Positions 53,447-63,118 are shown, numbered from the stretch's first letter. The stretch: 64,000 bases of DNA from an uncultured Holophagales bacterium (GCA_963842525.1 CAWJGT010000009.1:768001-832000); one strand, 5' to 3'. The notes: generated by a model not told the origin, from the sequence alone. A program made the numbers and translations.

Positions 53447-53933
53447 GTGTGGATGTCCTATCTGCGCCCATCCGCCGGTCAGGGGACCAAGCTCGCGATC
53501 TGCGTCCAGGGGATTCAGTGGGGATCAGCCATCGAGGTCTATTTCAAGACCGGCGACGTGGAGGAACAACCGGAATGGGCTGCCGAGCTCGATCGAATGC
53601 GGGCAGCACTTTCCAGAGATGAGAACCAGCCTGGCGAGACGCCAGCCATGGTGAGAAAGAGGCTCGACGAGCTGCGCTTGCGCGTTGAGCTCCCGGCACA
53701 CTGGCTCTTCGATCAGCGACTCCCTGGATGGCGCTCGCGTAGCACCGGGCAGGGCCAACTTGCCGAGATCCATGACTACGCTGAGATGTTGCGGAGCTGC
53801 GCCGGCGATCTGCTGAGTGGTGACTTGAGCGCATTGCCAGGCCTGTTCGCCGGCTATGCCCAACATCGTCGCCAACAGGACATCCGCGATCGCCAGGAGT
53901 TTTCGGATCGGTTAGCCCAGGACATTGACCGGG
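53447..53933 (+). pseudogene. Gene fragment truncated by the IS21 element
   Basis: The ORF stop (53948-53950) lies inside the IS21 left end; no convincing start. Confidence 0.4.
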
Positions 53934-54096
53934 TGTCCGGCGTCAACTAGATTTGAGGGTCGGCGACAATTAGAACTGCGGGATCCTCCTCCAGTTCGTG
54001 TCAACACTCCTACGGGGGGCGGGGGGGCTTCTTTTAGGGGGCCAGGTGGGGGCTGGTCGGCTTTTGACCTCCTTCCGGGGGCAGGGACTTAGCAGG

Positions 54097-54126
54097 GAAG
54101 GATGCCCGCAGCTGCGGGCATCCTTC
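54097..54126. repeat. Perfect 30-bp palindrome downstream of istB
   Basis: GAAGGATGCCCGCAGCTGCGGGCATCCTTC equals its own reverse complement. Confidence 0.85.
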
Positions 54127-54174
54127 AGCGATTGCAATTATGCGCCGTAACATGGCCTATCCAAGCTCCGGAGC

Positions 54175-54951
54175 TCATGCCCCGCGGGCCCCCTTGGCTC
54201 CTGCAGCTCTCTCCTTGGCCGCCTGCGCCCGGTAGCTCTCGATGCTCAGCTCCAGGATCACCGAATGATGGACGATCCGATCCACCGCGGCCGCCGTCGT
54301 CATCGGGTCCTTGAAGATCTGCTCCCACTTGCTGAACACCAGGTTGCTGGTGATCAGCACCGAGCGCCTCTCGTACCGCTCGGCGATCAGGGTAAACAGA
54401 ACCTCCATCTCCTCGCGGCTTTGCTCGACGTAGCCGAGGTCGTCCAGGATCAGGGCTTCGAATCGGTCCAGCCGCTTCAGCTCGGCCGCCAGACGCAGAT
54501 CCCGCTTCGCGGCCAGAAGCCGCTGGACGATCTGATACGTCGGGGAAAACAGCACCGTCCGGCCCCCGCGCACCAGCTCCTGGCCCAGACCGCAGACCAG
54601 GTGCGACTTGCCCGTCCCAGGGTTGCCAAACACGATCAGATTGGTGGCTTGGTCCAGAAACGAGCCGTCCTGAAGAGCGGCCAGGGCCGCCCTGGCCTTG
54701 GGCGGAAGCCGGCCTACCTCGAAGCCCGCCAGGCTCTTTTCCCGCGGCAGCCTGGACTCCTGAAGCAGTCTCTCGACCCGGCGCTCGCACCGTTCGCTGG
54801 CCTCTTGCTCGGCAAGGGCCAGAAGATACCCCTCGTGGGTGAGCCCCCCACGCACCGCCTGAGCGGCCACCGTCGCGTACTCCCGGGCGAAGGTCGGCAG
54901 GCACAACGACTTCAGCAGCAGCGGCAACCCCGCCTCGCTGGCCGGCTTCAC
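54175..54951 (-). CDS. istB: IS21 helper ATPase
   Basis: GNPGTGKSHL, LILDDLGY, ITSN, DRIVHH; GTG overlaps the istA stop. Confidence 0.95.
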   Translation of the reverse strand: MKPASEAGLPLLLKSLCLPTFAREYATVAAQAVRGGLTHEGYLLALAEQEASERCERRVERLLQESRLPREKSLAGFEVGRLPPKARAALAALQDGSFLDQATNLIVFGNPGTGKSHLVCGLGQELVRGGRTVLFSPTYQIVQRLLAAKRDLRLAAELKRLDRFEALILDDLGYVEQSREEMEVLFTLIAERYERRSVLITSNLVFSKWEQIFKDPMTTAAAVDRIVHHSVILELSIESYRAQAAKERAAGAKGARGA

Positions 54952-56423
54952 AGGCCACCTCCTGCCGCGGCGATGCACTCGTCGTAGACCCGCAGGTCCG
55001 GAGGATCGATCCGGCACACCGGCGGCTCCAGGCGCACCGGCCGAAGGGCCGTCTGTACCTGCGCGAAGTCCCGCAGCTCGCCGCCCTCCAACAGGGCCGA
55101 AAGCGCACCCTCCACCGCGCTTTCTCCCGTGCTCGCCGCCAGGTGCAGAATCCGCACATACTCCACGTCCGCCCGCGCTCCGTGACGCCCCTCCAGCGCA
55201 TCATAGGTCTGCCGGAAAACCAAGCTCGGAAACAGCGCCTCCCGGTACCGGTAGCGCGCGAACGCTCCCGGCTTGCGGATCAACGACCAGATCAGGTGGC
55301 GATAGTCGATGGCGGCGTGACCGCGGCCCCGCAGGCGCTCCATCTCGGCCACCCGCTCACCGGCAAAGTGCACCTCGATCCGCTCCGCATACAGCCGAAT
55401 GTCCACCCACTCGCCGATCAGCCGCGAGGCCACCGAGTAGACGTTGTTGGCCACCCGCAGGGTCGAAAACACGCTGACCCGCACCCGCTCCCGCCGGAAG
55501 TCGTCCAGGCGCGACAGCGGCAGATCCCTCATCCGCTCCAGCTCCTCGCGCAGCTTGACGGCTCGGCCACGGTTGCGCCCCGAAAAGATCTCACCCAAAA
55601 ACACCTCGTACGCGGCGCGGCTCGAAAACTCCCGGCCCCCCCGCAGCAGAAGCGCCTGCTGGACAGCCCGCTTGAAGCGGTGGTGCGCCTGCTCCACATC
55701 GCCGTTTTCGTGGCCACGCCCAGGGGTGTTGCAGTCGGGCTGGACCTGGTAGTGCGCCAGCGCACCCAGGTAGCGCTCGTTGAACGTCCGGCCCCCCTCG
55801 CCCAGCTCGTGGGTGGCCGCCGAAAGGTTGTCCGTCCGGTGTAGCTTCGGCACCTTGCCCAACTCCCAGACGGCGGCCTGGAAACCCCCGATGAGAGCCT
55901 CGAAACTCTCCGAAAAGCAGATCCCGCCCGTCTCCCAGTTCGAATACGGCAACACGAAGTGGAACATCAGGTGGTCGAACGGCTCGCCCCCGAGGCAAAT
56001 CCCCAGCTCCGTCATGCTCGTGAAGTCGCTCTGGGCGTACTCCCCCGGCCGGTGTTCCTGCGCGAACATGACCTCCCGCTCGGGACCCTGCGACGCCCGC
56101 CAACGGCGGATCCGCCGCTGCAATGTACGCAGCTGACCGTCCGAAAAGCTCAGCTCCGGCCGCCCCCTCAGCAGCTCGAAGATCGTCACCGCCTCCAGGC
56201 CGGGCGCCTGCTTGAGCATCCCTTCGATCTCCGGCCACACCCCGGCAAACGGGTCCGGCCGGGTCCGATACTGCCGCATGACCTTGCGCTGGCCCGGAAG
56301 CGCACCCTCGCGATACCGCCGTGCCGTGTTCTCACTCATCCCAGAGCGCAGAGCTGCGCTCGACAGCGACTCTCCCTTGCCAAGTTCCATCCTCAACCTC
56401 CTTACCTGCTTATCCGTCAACAT
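54948..56423 (-). CDS. istA: IS21 transposase
   Basis: HTH, QSDF, RTDN, HENGDVE, YSV. Confidence 0.95.
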   Translation of the reverse strand: MLTDKQVRRLRMELGKGESLSSAALRSGMSENTARRYREGALPGQRKVMRQYRTRPDPFAGVWPEIEGMLKQAPGLEAVTIFELLRGRPELSFSDGQLRTLQRRIRRWRASQGPEREVMFAQEHRPGEYAQSDFTSMTELGICLGGEPFDHLMFHFVLPYSNWETGGICFSESFEALIGGFQAAVWELGKVPKLHRTDNLSAATHELGEGGRTFNERYLGALAHYQVQPDCNTPGRGHENGDVEQAHHRFKRAVQQALLLRGGREFSSRAAYEVFLGEIFSGRNRGRAVKLREELERMRDLPLSRLDDFRRERVRVSVFSTLRVANNVYSVASRLIGEWVDIRLYAERIEVHFAGERVAEMERLRGRGHAAIDYRHLIWSLIRKPGAFARYRYREALFPSLVFRQTYDALEGRHGARADVEYVRILHLAASTGESAVEGALSALLEGGELRDFAQVQTALRPVRLEPPVCRIDPPDLRVYDECIAAAGGGL

Positions 56424-56534
56424 CAGCCCCCCAATTCATGAGGGGCAAGAGCCTACGGGACAAGCGTTTACGAGGACTGGAACCCCGCAATTCTAATTGT
56501 CGTCACCCCGCAGTTCTAATTGTCGCCGAACAAC

Positions 56535-56758
56535 CTGCGGACGATCTCGAACAAGCTGTCTCGTGCCGCGTTCTACATCCTGCGCGACCAGGTGCCGTTC
56601 CGGTCGGCGCAAGCTTTCGGTTGATTCAGGTGGGGACAGGGAGCCTGCAATAGGTGCTGGGCGAAAGAACCCTCCGTGGCTGATTGGCCCTTGTCCCCCA
56701 CCGTTTTTGGCTCTTTTATTGGGGATGCGCCCAGGTCGTGAGCCCGAATGTGCTGGCA
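56535..56758 (+). mobile_element. IS110-family remnant: recombinase C-terminus plus structured non-coding end (may resume after 62177)
   Basis: LRTISNKLSRAAFYILRDQVPFRSAQAFG* (56535-56624), then stem GGTGGGGACAGGG / CCCTTGTCCCCCACC enclosing GAGCC..TGATTGG. Confidence 0.65.
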
Positions 56759-57533
56759 GTGCGACACGAAGGGAGGTCTGATGTGAGCTGATTTGCCGAT
56801 TACAGAGAGACCTCCTGGGTCTCGAAGGCCAGCGGGTGGAAGTCCCGCCCGGGGAATTGTCGGTTCGCCCGGTAGCCACTGGAGCAGCCGAGCTCGAGCA
56901 ATCGTCCGGCTGAAGCCTCCGGGGAAGTCCTCGGTGCAACCGAGGTGCAAATGCGCAGGCCGAAAAGCACGTGAACCCTGAGCAGGCCTCGATAGTTTCT
57001 CGCTGGAGCCGACCCTCCTGCCATAAGGGGAAGGCCGTCGGGGGGTGGGGGAGCAACCGACCGAAGAACCCGTCCTCTCCAGCCGGGGTAGTGGGGTCAG
57101 CATGCGCAGACAAGGTCTTTGAGGCAACGTGTGAGATCCACATAGGTGGTGGGTCGCGGCCACCAACCGAGGTGATCTGAAATGGTCAGCCTCGGGCCGT
57201 GTGGAAGTCGGAGGGGCCCATGGTACCGAGGAAGCCGGGTAATGCCGGTGGAGGGACGGAGCCCTGGTTCGGGCATGCTTCTCAACGAGAAGGAGACCGG
57301 GAATTGACGATGAGTCTAGAACCCGATCAAGTCGAGTGTAGACGCCCGCCTTATTTCGTGACCGCCGCCTGAGTTTTTCCCAGTTTTCAGCGTGGTCAGG
57401 TAGATTCGTCGGCGCAGGAGTGCGGGACGATTTTGCCTGTGGAGAGGTCGGGCAAGGCAAGCGAAGCCCGCCGGGCTCTCCTTGTGTCTTTTGGCGGACC
57501 GGGGATGACCCGACGGGCTTCCGAGAGGAGGCC

Positions 57534-58097
57534 ATGTTAAGTCTGAAGGGCGTGGGCTGCAAGCAGTATCGAGAGCAGATGGACGGCGGGGCGGTTCCCG
57601 AGCTGAGCTGCCCGGATCCGGATTGTCAGAGGACCCGTCTGCGGGGCCACGGCTCCTACAAGCGCTTCCTCGCAGGAGTGCTTCAGGCCTTGCGGCGGGT
57701 GCGGTGCCCGCGTTGCAGGGTCAGCCATGCGGTGTTGCCGGAGGACGTGTGCGCCTATCGCGATTTGACCTTGGCGGCCGTGGAGGCGGGTCTGGCTGCG
57801 GGGAGTCCGAGCGAAGGCGCCGAGGTTTCAGGGCAGTGCGGCAGTTCGGGGGTGCGGCGGGTGCGGGGTTGGCTGCGCAGCGCGCACGAGCCCTTTGCCG
57901 CCAAGCTGCAGGCGCTGCTGGGGCCAGTGCCGGCTCCGTGGTGGCGGGGGGCGCAGGAGGTGGTGGGCCAGGCGGCGGGTTGGTTGACGCGGCTGCGGCA
58001 CTTTCTGTGGTCGTCCTGGGGCTGCTTTTTCGGCGGAGTGAGCGGACTGTTCCGCCACGGCCGGCCGTCCTGGCGGTCAGGGGAGGCCTCTCCATAG
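57534..58097 (+). CDS. Zn-finger transposon protein (DUF6431-like)
   Basis: GAGGAGG RBS; CPDPDC..GHGSY.R..RVRCPRC..HAVLP. Confidence 0.75.
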   Translation: MLSLKGVGCKQYREQMDGGAVPELSCPDPDCQRTRLRGHGSYKRFLAGVLQALRRVRCPRCRVSHAVLPEDVCAYRDLTLAAVEAGLAAGSPSEGAEVSGQCGSSGVRRVRGWLRSAHEPFAAKLQALLGPVPAPWWRGAQEVVGQAAGWLTRLRHFLWSSWGCFFGGVSGLFRHGRPSWRSGEASP

Positions 58098-58188
58098 GTT
58101 GGTAACTACCCATCGCAGGGTTCTGCCACGAAGCTACTGGCGGGGGCTGTGGGATGGTCCCAGAGCCCGATTGCGGAGACTTCGTGCG

Positions 58189-59517
58189 ATGGATGAGAGC
58201 CAAAGAGAGCAGATTGCGTTGTTTCGCCACAGCGTCATTGCCGAGCTGATCAGCCGGCCGTTGGCGCCACGCGAAAAAGAGAAGCTGTTGTGTGCGATCG
58301 CGGAAAAGACGTGGACGATCCCGGGCAGCGCGCGCAGCCACGTCGGCCGTTCGACGGTGCGAGATTGGCTCGAGCTGTACCAGATCCATGGGTTTGAGGG
58401 GCTCAAGCCGGGCCCGCGTACCGATGCCGGGCGCTCGCGGGCGATCCCGGAGGAGGTGCAGGATCTGCTGCTGGCGCTGCGGGCCGAGCGGCCCGGTGCT
58501 TCGCTCGACAGCCTGATCCGCGCCGTGCATCTGTGCGGCCGCTTTGCGCCCAATCTGCGGCTGTCGCGCAGCAGCGTGCACCGCTTCTTCGCCGCCCAGG
58601 CGGTGCCGGCCCGCCAAGGGTCCAGCGCCGAGCCGGACGCTTTGGCTTTCACCTTTCCGCATGTCAACGACCTGTGGACCTCCGACCTGATGCACGGGCC
58701 CCGCCTGCTGGTGCCGGGGCGCAAGGACGGCGGCAAGACCTACCTCTACGCCTTCCTCGATGACGCCTCGCGCATGGTGCCGTTTGCCGCCTTCTACCTG
58801 GCCGAAAACGCCGCCTGCTTCCAGGACGCTCTGAAGCAGGCTCTGCTGCGCCGCGGCCTGCCGCGACGGCTCTACTGCGACAACGGCGCCACCTTCCGCA
58901 CCCACCACCTGCAGGTCATCTGCGCCACGCTGAACATCTCCCTGGTCCACTCCCGGCCCCACAAGCCGCGCGGTCGCGGCAAGATCGAGCGCTTCTTCCG
59001 CCACGTCCGCACCGCCTTTGTCCCCCACCTCACCAGCGAGGTCCTCGCCGATCTGGCCCAGCTCAACCGCGTCTTCTGGGCCTGGCTGGAGGGCGAGTAT
59101 CACCAGACTGCCCACGGCGGCCTGGACGGGCAAACGCCTCTGGACCGCTTTCTGAAGGACCAGGCCCTGATCCGCCCGGCCCCCGAGCACCTGGAGGCCT
59201 GGCTGCGCATGAAGGTCACCCGCCGGGTCGGCCGCGACCGCACCGTCCACCTCGACGGCCGTCTCTATGAGGCTCCCGATGGCTATGCCGGTGAGACCGT
59301 CGACGTCCTCTACGATCCCTATGACCCCGCCCGGCCCGTCCACTTTTGCCGCAAAGGCCAGAGCGCCGAGCTGCCTCTGCGCCGGCTCGACCTCGCCACC
59401 AACGCCACCCTGCGCCGACTCGAAAGAAACAGCGAGCCGGCCAGAGAAGCGCCCACCACCGGCATCAGCTACCTCGAGCTCATCGCCAAGAAGTTCTATC
59501 AGGGGGAGCCCCAGTGA
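58189..59517 (+). CDS. DDE integrase/transposase (rve, Mu-like C-terminus)
   Basis: IALFRH, WTSD, LDDASR, YCDNG, GKIERFF. Confidence 0.93.
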   Translation: MDESQREQIALFRHSVIAELISRPLAPREKEKLLCAIAEKTWTIPGSARSHVGRSTVRDWLELYQIHGFEGLKPGPRTDAGRSRAIPEEVQDLLLALRAERPGASLDSLIRAVHLCGRFAPNLRLSRSSVHRFFAAQAVPARQGSSAEPDALAFTFPHVNDLWTSDLMHGPRLLVPGRKDGGKTYLYAFLDDASRMVPFAAFYLAENAACFQDALKQALLRRGLPRRLYCDNGATFRTHHLQVICATLNISLVHSRPHKPRGRGKIERFFRHVRTAFVPHLTSEVLADLAQLNRVFWAWLEGEYHQTAHGGLDGQTPLDRFLKDQALIRPAPEHLEAWLRMKVTRRVGRDRTVHLDGRLYEAPDGYAGETVDVLYDPYDPARPVHFCRKGQSAELPLRRLDLATNATLRRLERNSEPAREAPTTGISYLELIAKKFYQGEPQ

Positions 59518-60320
59518 ACCTCTATACCACCGCCTTCGGCTTCACCCGGCCGCCCTTCCACGGCCCCCTCACCGCCGACTCTCTGTTTCGGCCTCAGGGG
59601 CTCGAAGAGCTCCACAGCCGTCTGCGCTACCTGGTCGACTCCAGGGCCATCGGCCTGCTCACCGGCGAGCCGGGCAGCGGCAAAACCACCGCCCTGAGGC
59701 GACTGCGCGACGATCTCCACCCCGACCAGGTGCGCGCTGTGTACCTGCACGACACCCTGGTCAACCCCGCCGACTTCTGCCGCCAACTCGCCCTTGCACT
59801 CGGCCTCCAGCCCGAATGGTCTCGCGCCATGACCTTCCGCCTCGTCCAGCAAGAGATCCAACGCCTCGTCAAAGACCGCCACATAACCGTCCTGCTCATC
59901 GTCGACGAAGCCCACAACCTCAGGCCCGACGTCCTCGCCCTCTTCCCCCTGCTCGCCAACTTTGAATGGGACGCAGAAGGACGGCTTGCCTTTCTCCTGG
60001 CCGGTCAATCCGGATTGCGACAGATCCTGCGCCTGTCGCATCTGGAGGCCCTCGCTCAGCGCATCACCATCCGCTTCACCCTGCGCGGCTTCGACCGAGA
60101 CACCACCTGCTGCTACCTCGAACATCGCCTCAAGATCGCCGGCCTGGATCGACCCCTCTTCACCGCCCCCGCCCAGGAAGCCCTCTTTGAAGCCTCCCAG
60201 GGCATCATGCGCAGAATCGACACCCTGGCCCACCACGCCCTGGCCGCCGCAGCCACTTCCAGAGCCAAGCTCGTCGAGCCCGAGCACGTCCTGCAAGCCG
60301 CCGAGGAGATGCGCTCATGA
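59514..60320 (+). CDS. ExeA/AAA_22 transposition ATPase
   Basis: GEPGSGKTT, IVDEAHNL, LAGQ, ALAQRI; GTGA overlap with the transposase. Confidence 0.92.
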   Translation: MNLYTTAFGFTRPPFHGPLTADSLFRPQGLEELHSRLRYLVDSRAIGLLTGEPGSGKTTALRRLRDDLHPDQVRAVYLHDTLVNPADFCRQLALALGLQPEWSRAMTFRLVQQEIQRLVKDRHITVLLIVDEAHNLRPDVLALFPLLANFEWDAEGRLAFLLAGQSGLRQILRLSHLEALAQRITIRFTLRGFDRDTTCCYLEHRLKIAGLDRPLFTAPAQEALFEASQGIMRRIDTLAHHALAAAATSRAKLVEPEHVLQAAEEMRS

Positions 60321-60559
60321 ACACACCCGAACCCATCCTCGACTACCTGCAAAACCAGGTCCCCGAGTACCCGTTCGATCGCAAGCTCGACGAAGAGTTT
60401 GTCGACGAGCTGATCGCAGACTTCCAGGATCTCAACATTCTCGAGGAGACCAAGACCTTCAGGTGGTATCACAACAACCGGCCGGCCGCCCGTTTCAAGA
60501 ACGTCCGTGTCGGCCTGCGGCGCTGGATTGCCAACTCCTGGGCGCGAAGACCAGAATGA
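60317..60559 (+). CDS. Small transposon-encoded protein (80 aa)
   Basis: ATGA overlap with the ATPase; GAGGAG RBS; lies inside the IRs. Confidence 0.75.
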   Translation: MNTPEPILDYLQNQVPEYPFDRKLDEEFVDELIADFQDLNILEETKTFRWYHNNRPAARFKNVRVGLRRWIANSWARRPE

Positions 60560-62335
60560 ATCAAAGCAACTGCTGAAAACTCGGCCCCTTCGGTCAAAAA
60601 CAGTCCCGGATTCCACCGCCACCCGGCCCAATCCGGGACTGCTCTCTTCCCCCTTCTGTCCGCCACGAAATATTTCGAAAAGGTGGCCACGGAATTACGC
60701 GGGACTCGACATCGAGCGACTCCGGAAGAAGCTGTATGAGAAGGCCAAGCGGGAGCCAGACTTTCGGTTCTACACGCTGTACGACAAGGTGTGCTGGGCG
60801 GAAACCCTGGAGAGGGCCTACCGACAGGCGAAAGCCAACGACGGAGCGCCCGGAGTCGACGGGGTCCGGTTTGAGGACATTGAGGCGTACGGTGTAGAGC
60901 GGTGGCTGGCCGAGCTTCGGCAGGAACTGGTGGAAGAGACCTACCGCCCCCAACCGGTGCGGCGGGTGATGATCCCGAAGCCCGGCGGAGGCGAGCGTCC
61001 CCTCGGAATCCCGACCATCAGGGATCGGGTGGTGCAGACCGCCGTCGTGCTGATCCTTGAGCCGATCTTCGAAGCTGATTTCGAGGACAACGTCTATGCC
61101 TACCGGCCGGAGCGCAGTGCGCACGGCGCACTGGCCGAGGTGCAGGGGCGGTTGTATGGAGGCCAGCAGCACGTCGTAGATGCCGACGTGACGAAGTACT
61201 TCGACACCATCCCCCACGCCGAGCTGTTGCAGAGCGTGGCCCGGCGGGTGGCCGACGGGAAGATCCTGCATCTGCTCAAGCTGTGGCTGAAATCCCCGGC
61301 GGAAGAGAGGGATGAGAGGGGAAACCGGCGGATAACAGGCGGCAAGAAGAGCAAGCGGGGGACTCCTCAAGGCGGAGTTGTTTCACCTCTGATGGCTAAC
61401 ATCTACATCAACCGTCTTCTGCGCCACTGGAGGAAGACCGGGGCGACGCAACGGTTGGGACAGATCGTCTCCTATGCCGATGACTTCGTGATTGTCTGCG
61501 CAAGCCGCCGCCAGGCCGAAGAAAGTCTGGCGCTGGTATCGCGCTGGTTGGCGAAGCTCGGGCTGACGCTTCATCCCACCAAAACGCGCCTCTGTCACGC
61601 CCGAGAAGAGCCGTTTGACTTCCTGGGCTACACCTTCGGGCCGGTGCGGCACTGGCTGAGCGGGAAGAGATTCATCTCGGCTCGGCCATCCAAGAAGGCC
61701 CAGAAGAGGCTCAAGGAGAAGATCAACATCCGGCTACGCCGGGGAAACCCAACCCCTTGGCCCAAGCTGCGAGACCGGCTCAACCGACTCCTGTCGGGGT
61801 GGGCCGAGTACTTCAGCTTCGGTTTTACGGGCCAAGCTGACACAGCCATCAGCTGGCACGTGCGGGCACGGGTTCGGCGATTCCTCTGCCGGCGGCATAA
61901 GCTGCGCGTCAGCGGAACCAGCCGATTCAGCTACTCTGAGATCCATGGCAAGGCGGGAGTGATCGACATCCGCCAGAGGCGTCTGCAAGGAAGTCCCGTG
62001 CATGCCCTCTCGTGAAGCCCGTCCGAGAGCCGGATGCGGGAGATCCGCAAGTCCGGTTCGATGAGCGGCGGTGGGAAACGGAGACACGGCCGAGACTGAG
62101 GCACCGGCGAGTGGCGAAAGCCGCCGGAAACAGCTACTCCCTCGACCTACAGACACCGCGCCCGCCGCCGACTCTACCCTCTGAAGCGGGCACTTATTCG
62201 GCTCAACCAAAATCCGCCCGAGCGTGTCTATTCATGTAAAGGCAAGGAGGGACTCAGTGGATCACGGGTCGGGATCGATGTGTGACGATTGCACGCAAGA
62301 GCTTCTCTACAGATCGATGACCGAGAGGAGCGAAG

Positions 62336-63118
62336 ATGGCAAGCGATGACCCTAAGACCGGGAAGCCTGCCCCGGGCTCCGGTCAGAACGTGGTTCGTGG
62401 GGACAACTTCGGCTTGATCAACGTGGGTGGCAGCATCGGCGGCAGTGCCACCGTGGTTCATGCGCAGTCTCCGCCTCGGGTAGAGACCGCGCTCCCGTCC
62501 GGGGCGGCAGGGAGCAACTCCGTCATGCGCATTCTGTTCTTGGGAGCCAATCCGGAGGGCGCGCCATCCCTGCGCCTCGATCACGAGGTCCGGGAGATCG
62601 ACCTCGCGTTGCGCCAAGCCGACTTCCGGGATCGCTGCGACCTGCGCCAACAGAATGCCTTGCGGGTGACCGACCTGCAGAACGCGCTGCTGCGCCACCG
62701 GCCGCAGATCGTCCACTTCAGCGGCCATGGAGTTGCGGACGGGCTCTACCTGGAGGATGAAGCGGGGATGGTCCGCAAGGTCGAGGGGAGCGTCATAGCC
62801 AGGATTCTCGCCGTGTTCAAGAAACAGATCCGCTGCGTAGTGCTGAACGCCTGCTATTCCCGGGACCAGGCCGAGGCGATAGCCAGCGACATCGATTGCG
62901 TCATCGGCATGTCCACGGACATCGGAGACTTGGCGGCGGTCCGTTTCTCTACGGCCTTCTATGGAGCTCTCGCTTTTGGAAGCAGTGTCGCGACGGCCTT
63001 CGATTTGGGCTGCTCGCGGATCGATCTCGACGGCTTGGGGGAGGGAAACACTCCGCAACTGATCGCGTTCCGGCAGAAACCTGAAGAGGTCGTCTTCATC
63101 AAGGAGGAACTGAGATGA
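62336..63118 (+). CDS. CHAT-domain (caspase-like) protein
   Basis: ILFLGANP, LRLDHEVREI, VHFSGHG, VVLNACYS. Confidence 0.9.
   Translation: MASDDPKTGKPAPGSGQNVVRGDNFGLINVGGSIGGSATVVHAQSPPRVETALPSGAAGSNSVMRILFLGANPEGAPSLRLDHEVREIDLALRQADFRDRCDLRQQNALRVTDLQNALLRHRPQIVHFSGHGVADGLYLEDEAGMVRKVEGSVIARILAVFKKQIRCVVLNACYSRDQAEAIASDIDCVIGMSTDIGDLAAVRFSTAFYGALAFGSSVATAFDLGCSRIDLDGLGEGNTPQLIAFRQKPEEVVFIKEELR

Larger units (their letters stand above)
53934..56532 (-). mobile_element. IS21-family insertion sequence (2599 bp)
   Basis: Ends TGTCCGGCGTCAACTAGA / TGTTCGGCGACAATTAGA, each with two tandem CGACAATTAGAA.TGCGGG-like repeats; istA-istB inside; no target duplication. Confidence 0.92.
57337..60711 (+). 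mobile_element. Four-gene DDE/ExeA transposon (3375 bp)
   Basis: TGT...ACA ends, 30-bp imperfect IR (22/30), 5-bp target duplication TCGAG at 57332-57336 and 60712-60716. Confidence 0.92.
57310..62015 (+). pseudogene. ltrA: Intron-encoded RT/maturase split by the insertion (57310-57336 joined to 60717-62015)
   Basis: Rejoined MSLEPDQVE|RLRKKLYEKAK; GAPGVDG, RPLGIP, GTPQGG, YADD, FDFLGY; no endonuclease domain. Confidence 0.9.
56759..62177 (+). mobile_element. Group II intron (IIB-like) interrupted by a transposon
   Basis: 5' GTGCGACACGAAG; EBS1 TGCCA (57019-57023) pairs with exon TGGCA; domain V GAGCCGGATGCGGGAGATCCGCAAGTCCGGTTC; 3' end ..GACTCTAC. Confidence 0.9.

Noticed and set aside
56484-56532. 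Tandem 23-bp-period repeats as a CRISPR mini-array
   Set aside because: They are IS21 terminal transposase-binding repeats, mirrored at 53934-53982, with no spacers
60507-60716. N-terminal ~70 aa of the 502-aa RT ORF in the track
   Set aside because: Derived from the transposon right end; the native start is ATG 57310
56759-62177. RT as a retron, DGR or CRISPR-associated RT
   Set aside because: GTGCG start, domain V/VI, EBS-IBS pairing and a maturase region identify a group II intron; no TR/VR pair, msr-msd or cas genes were seen
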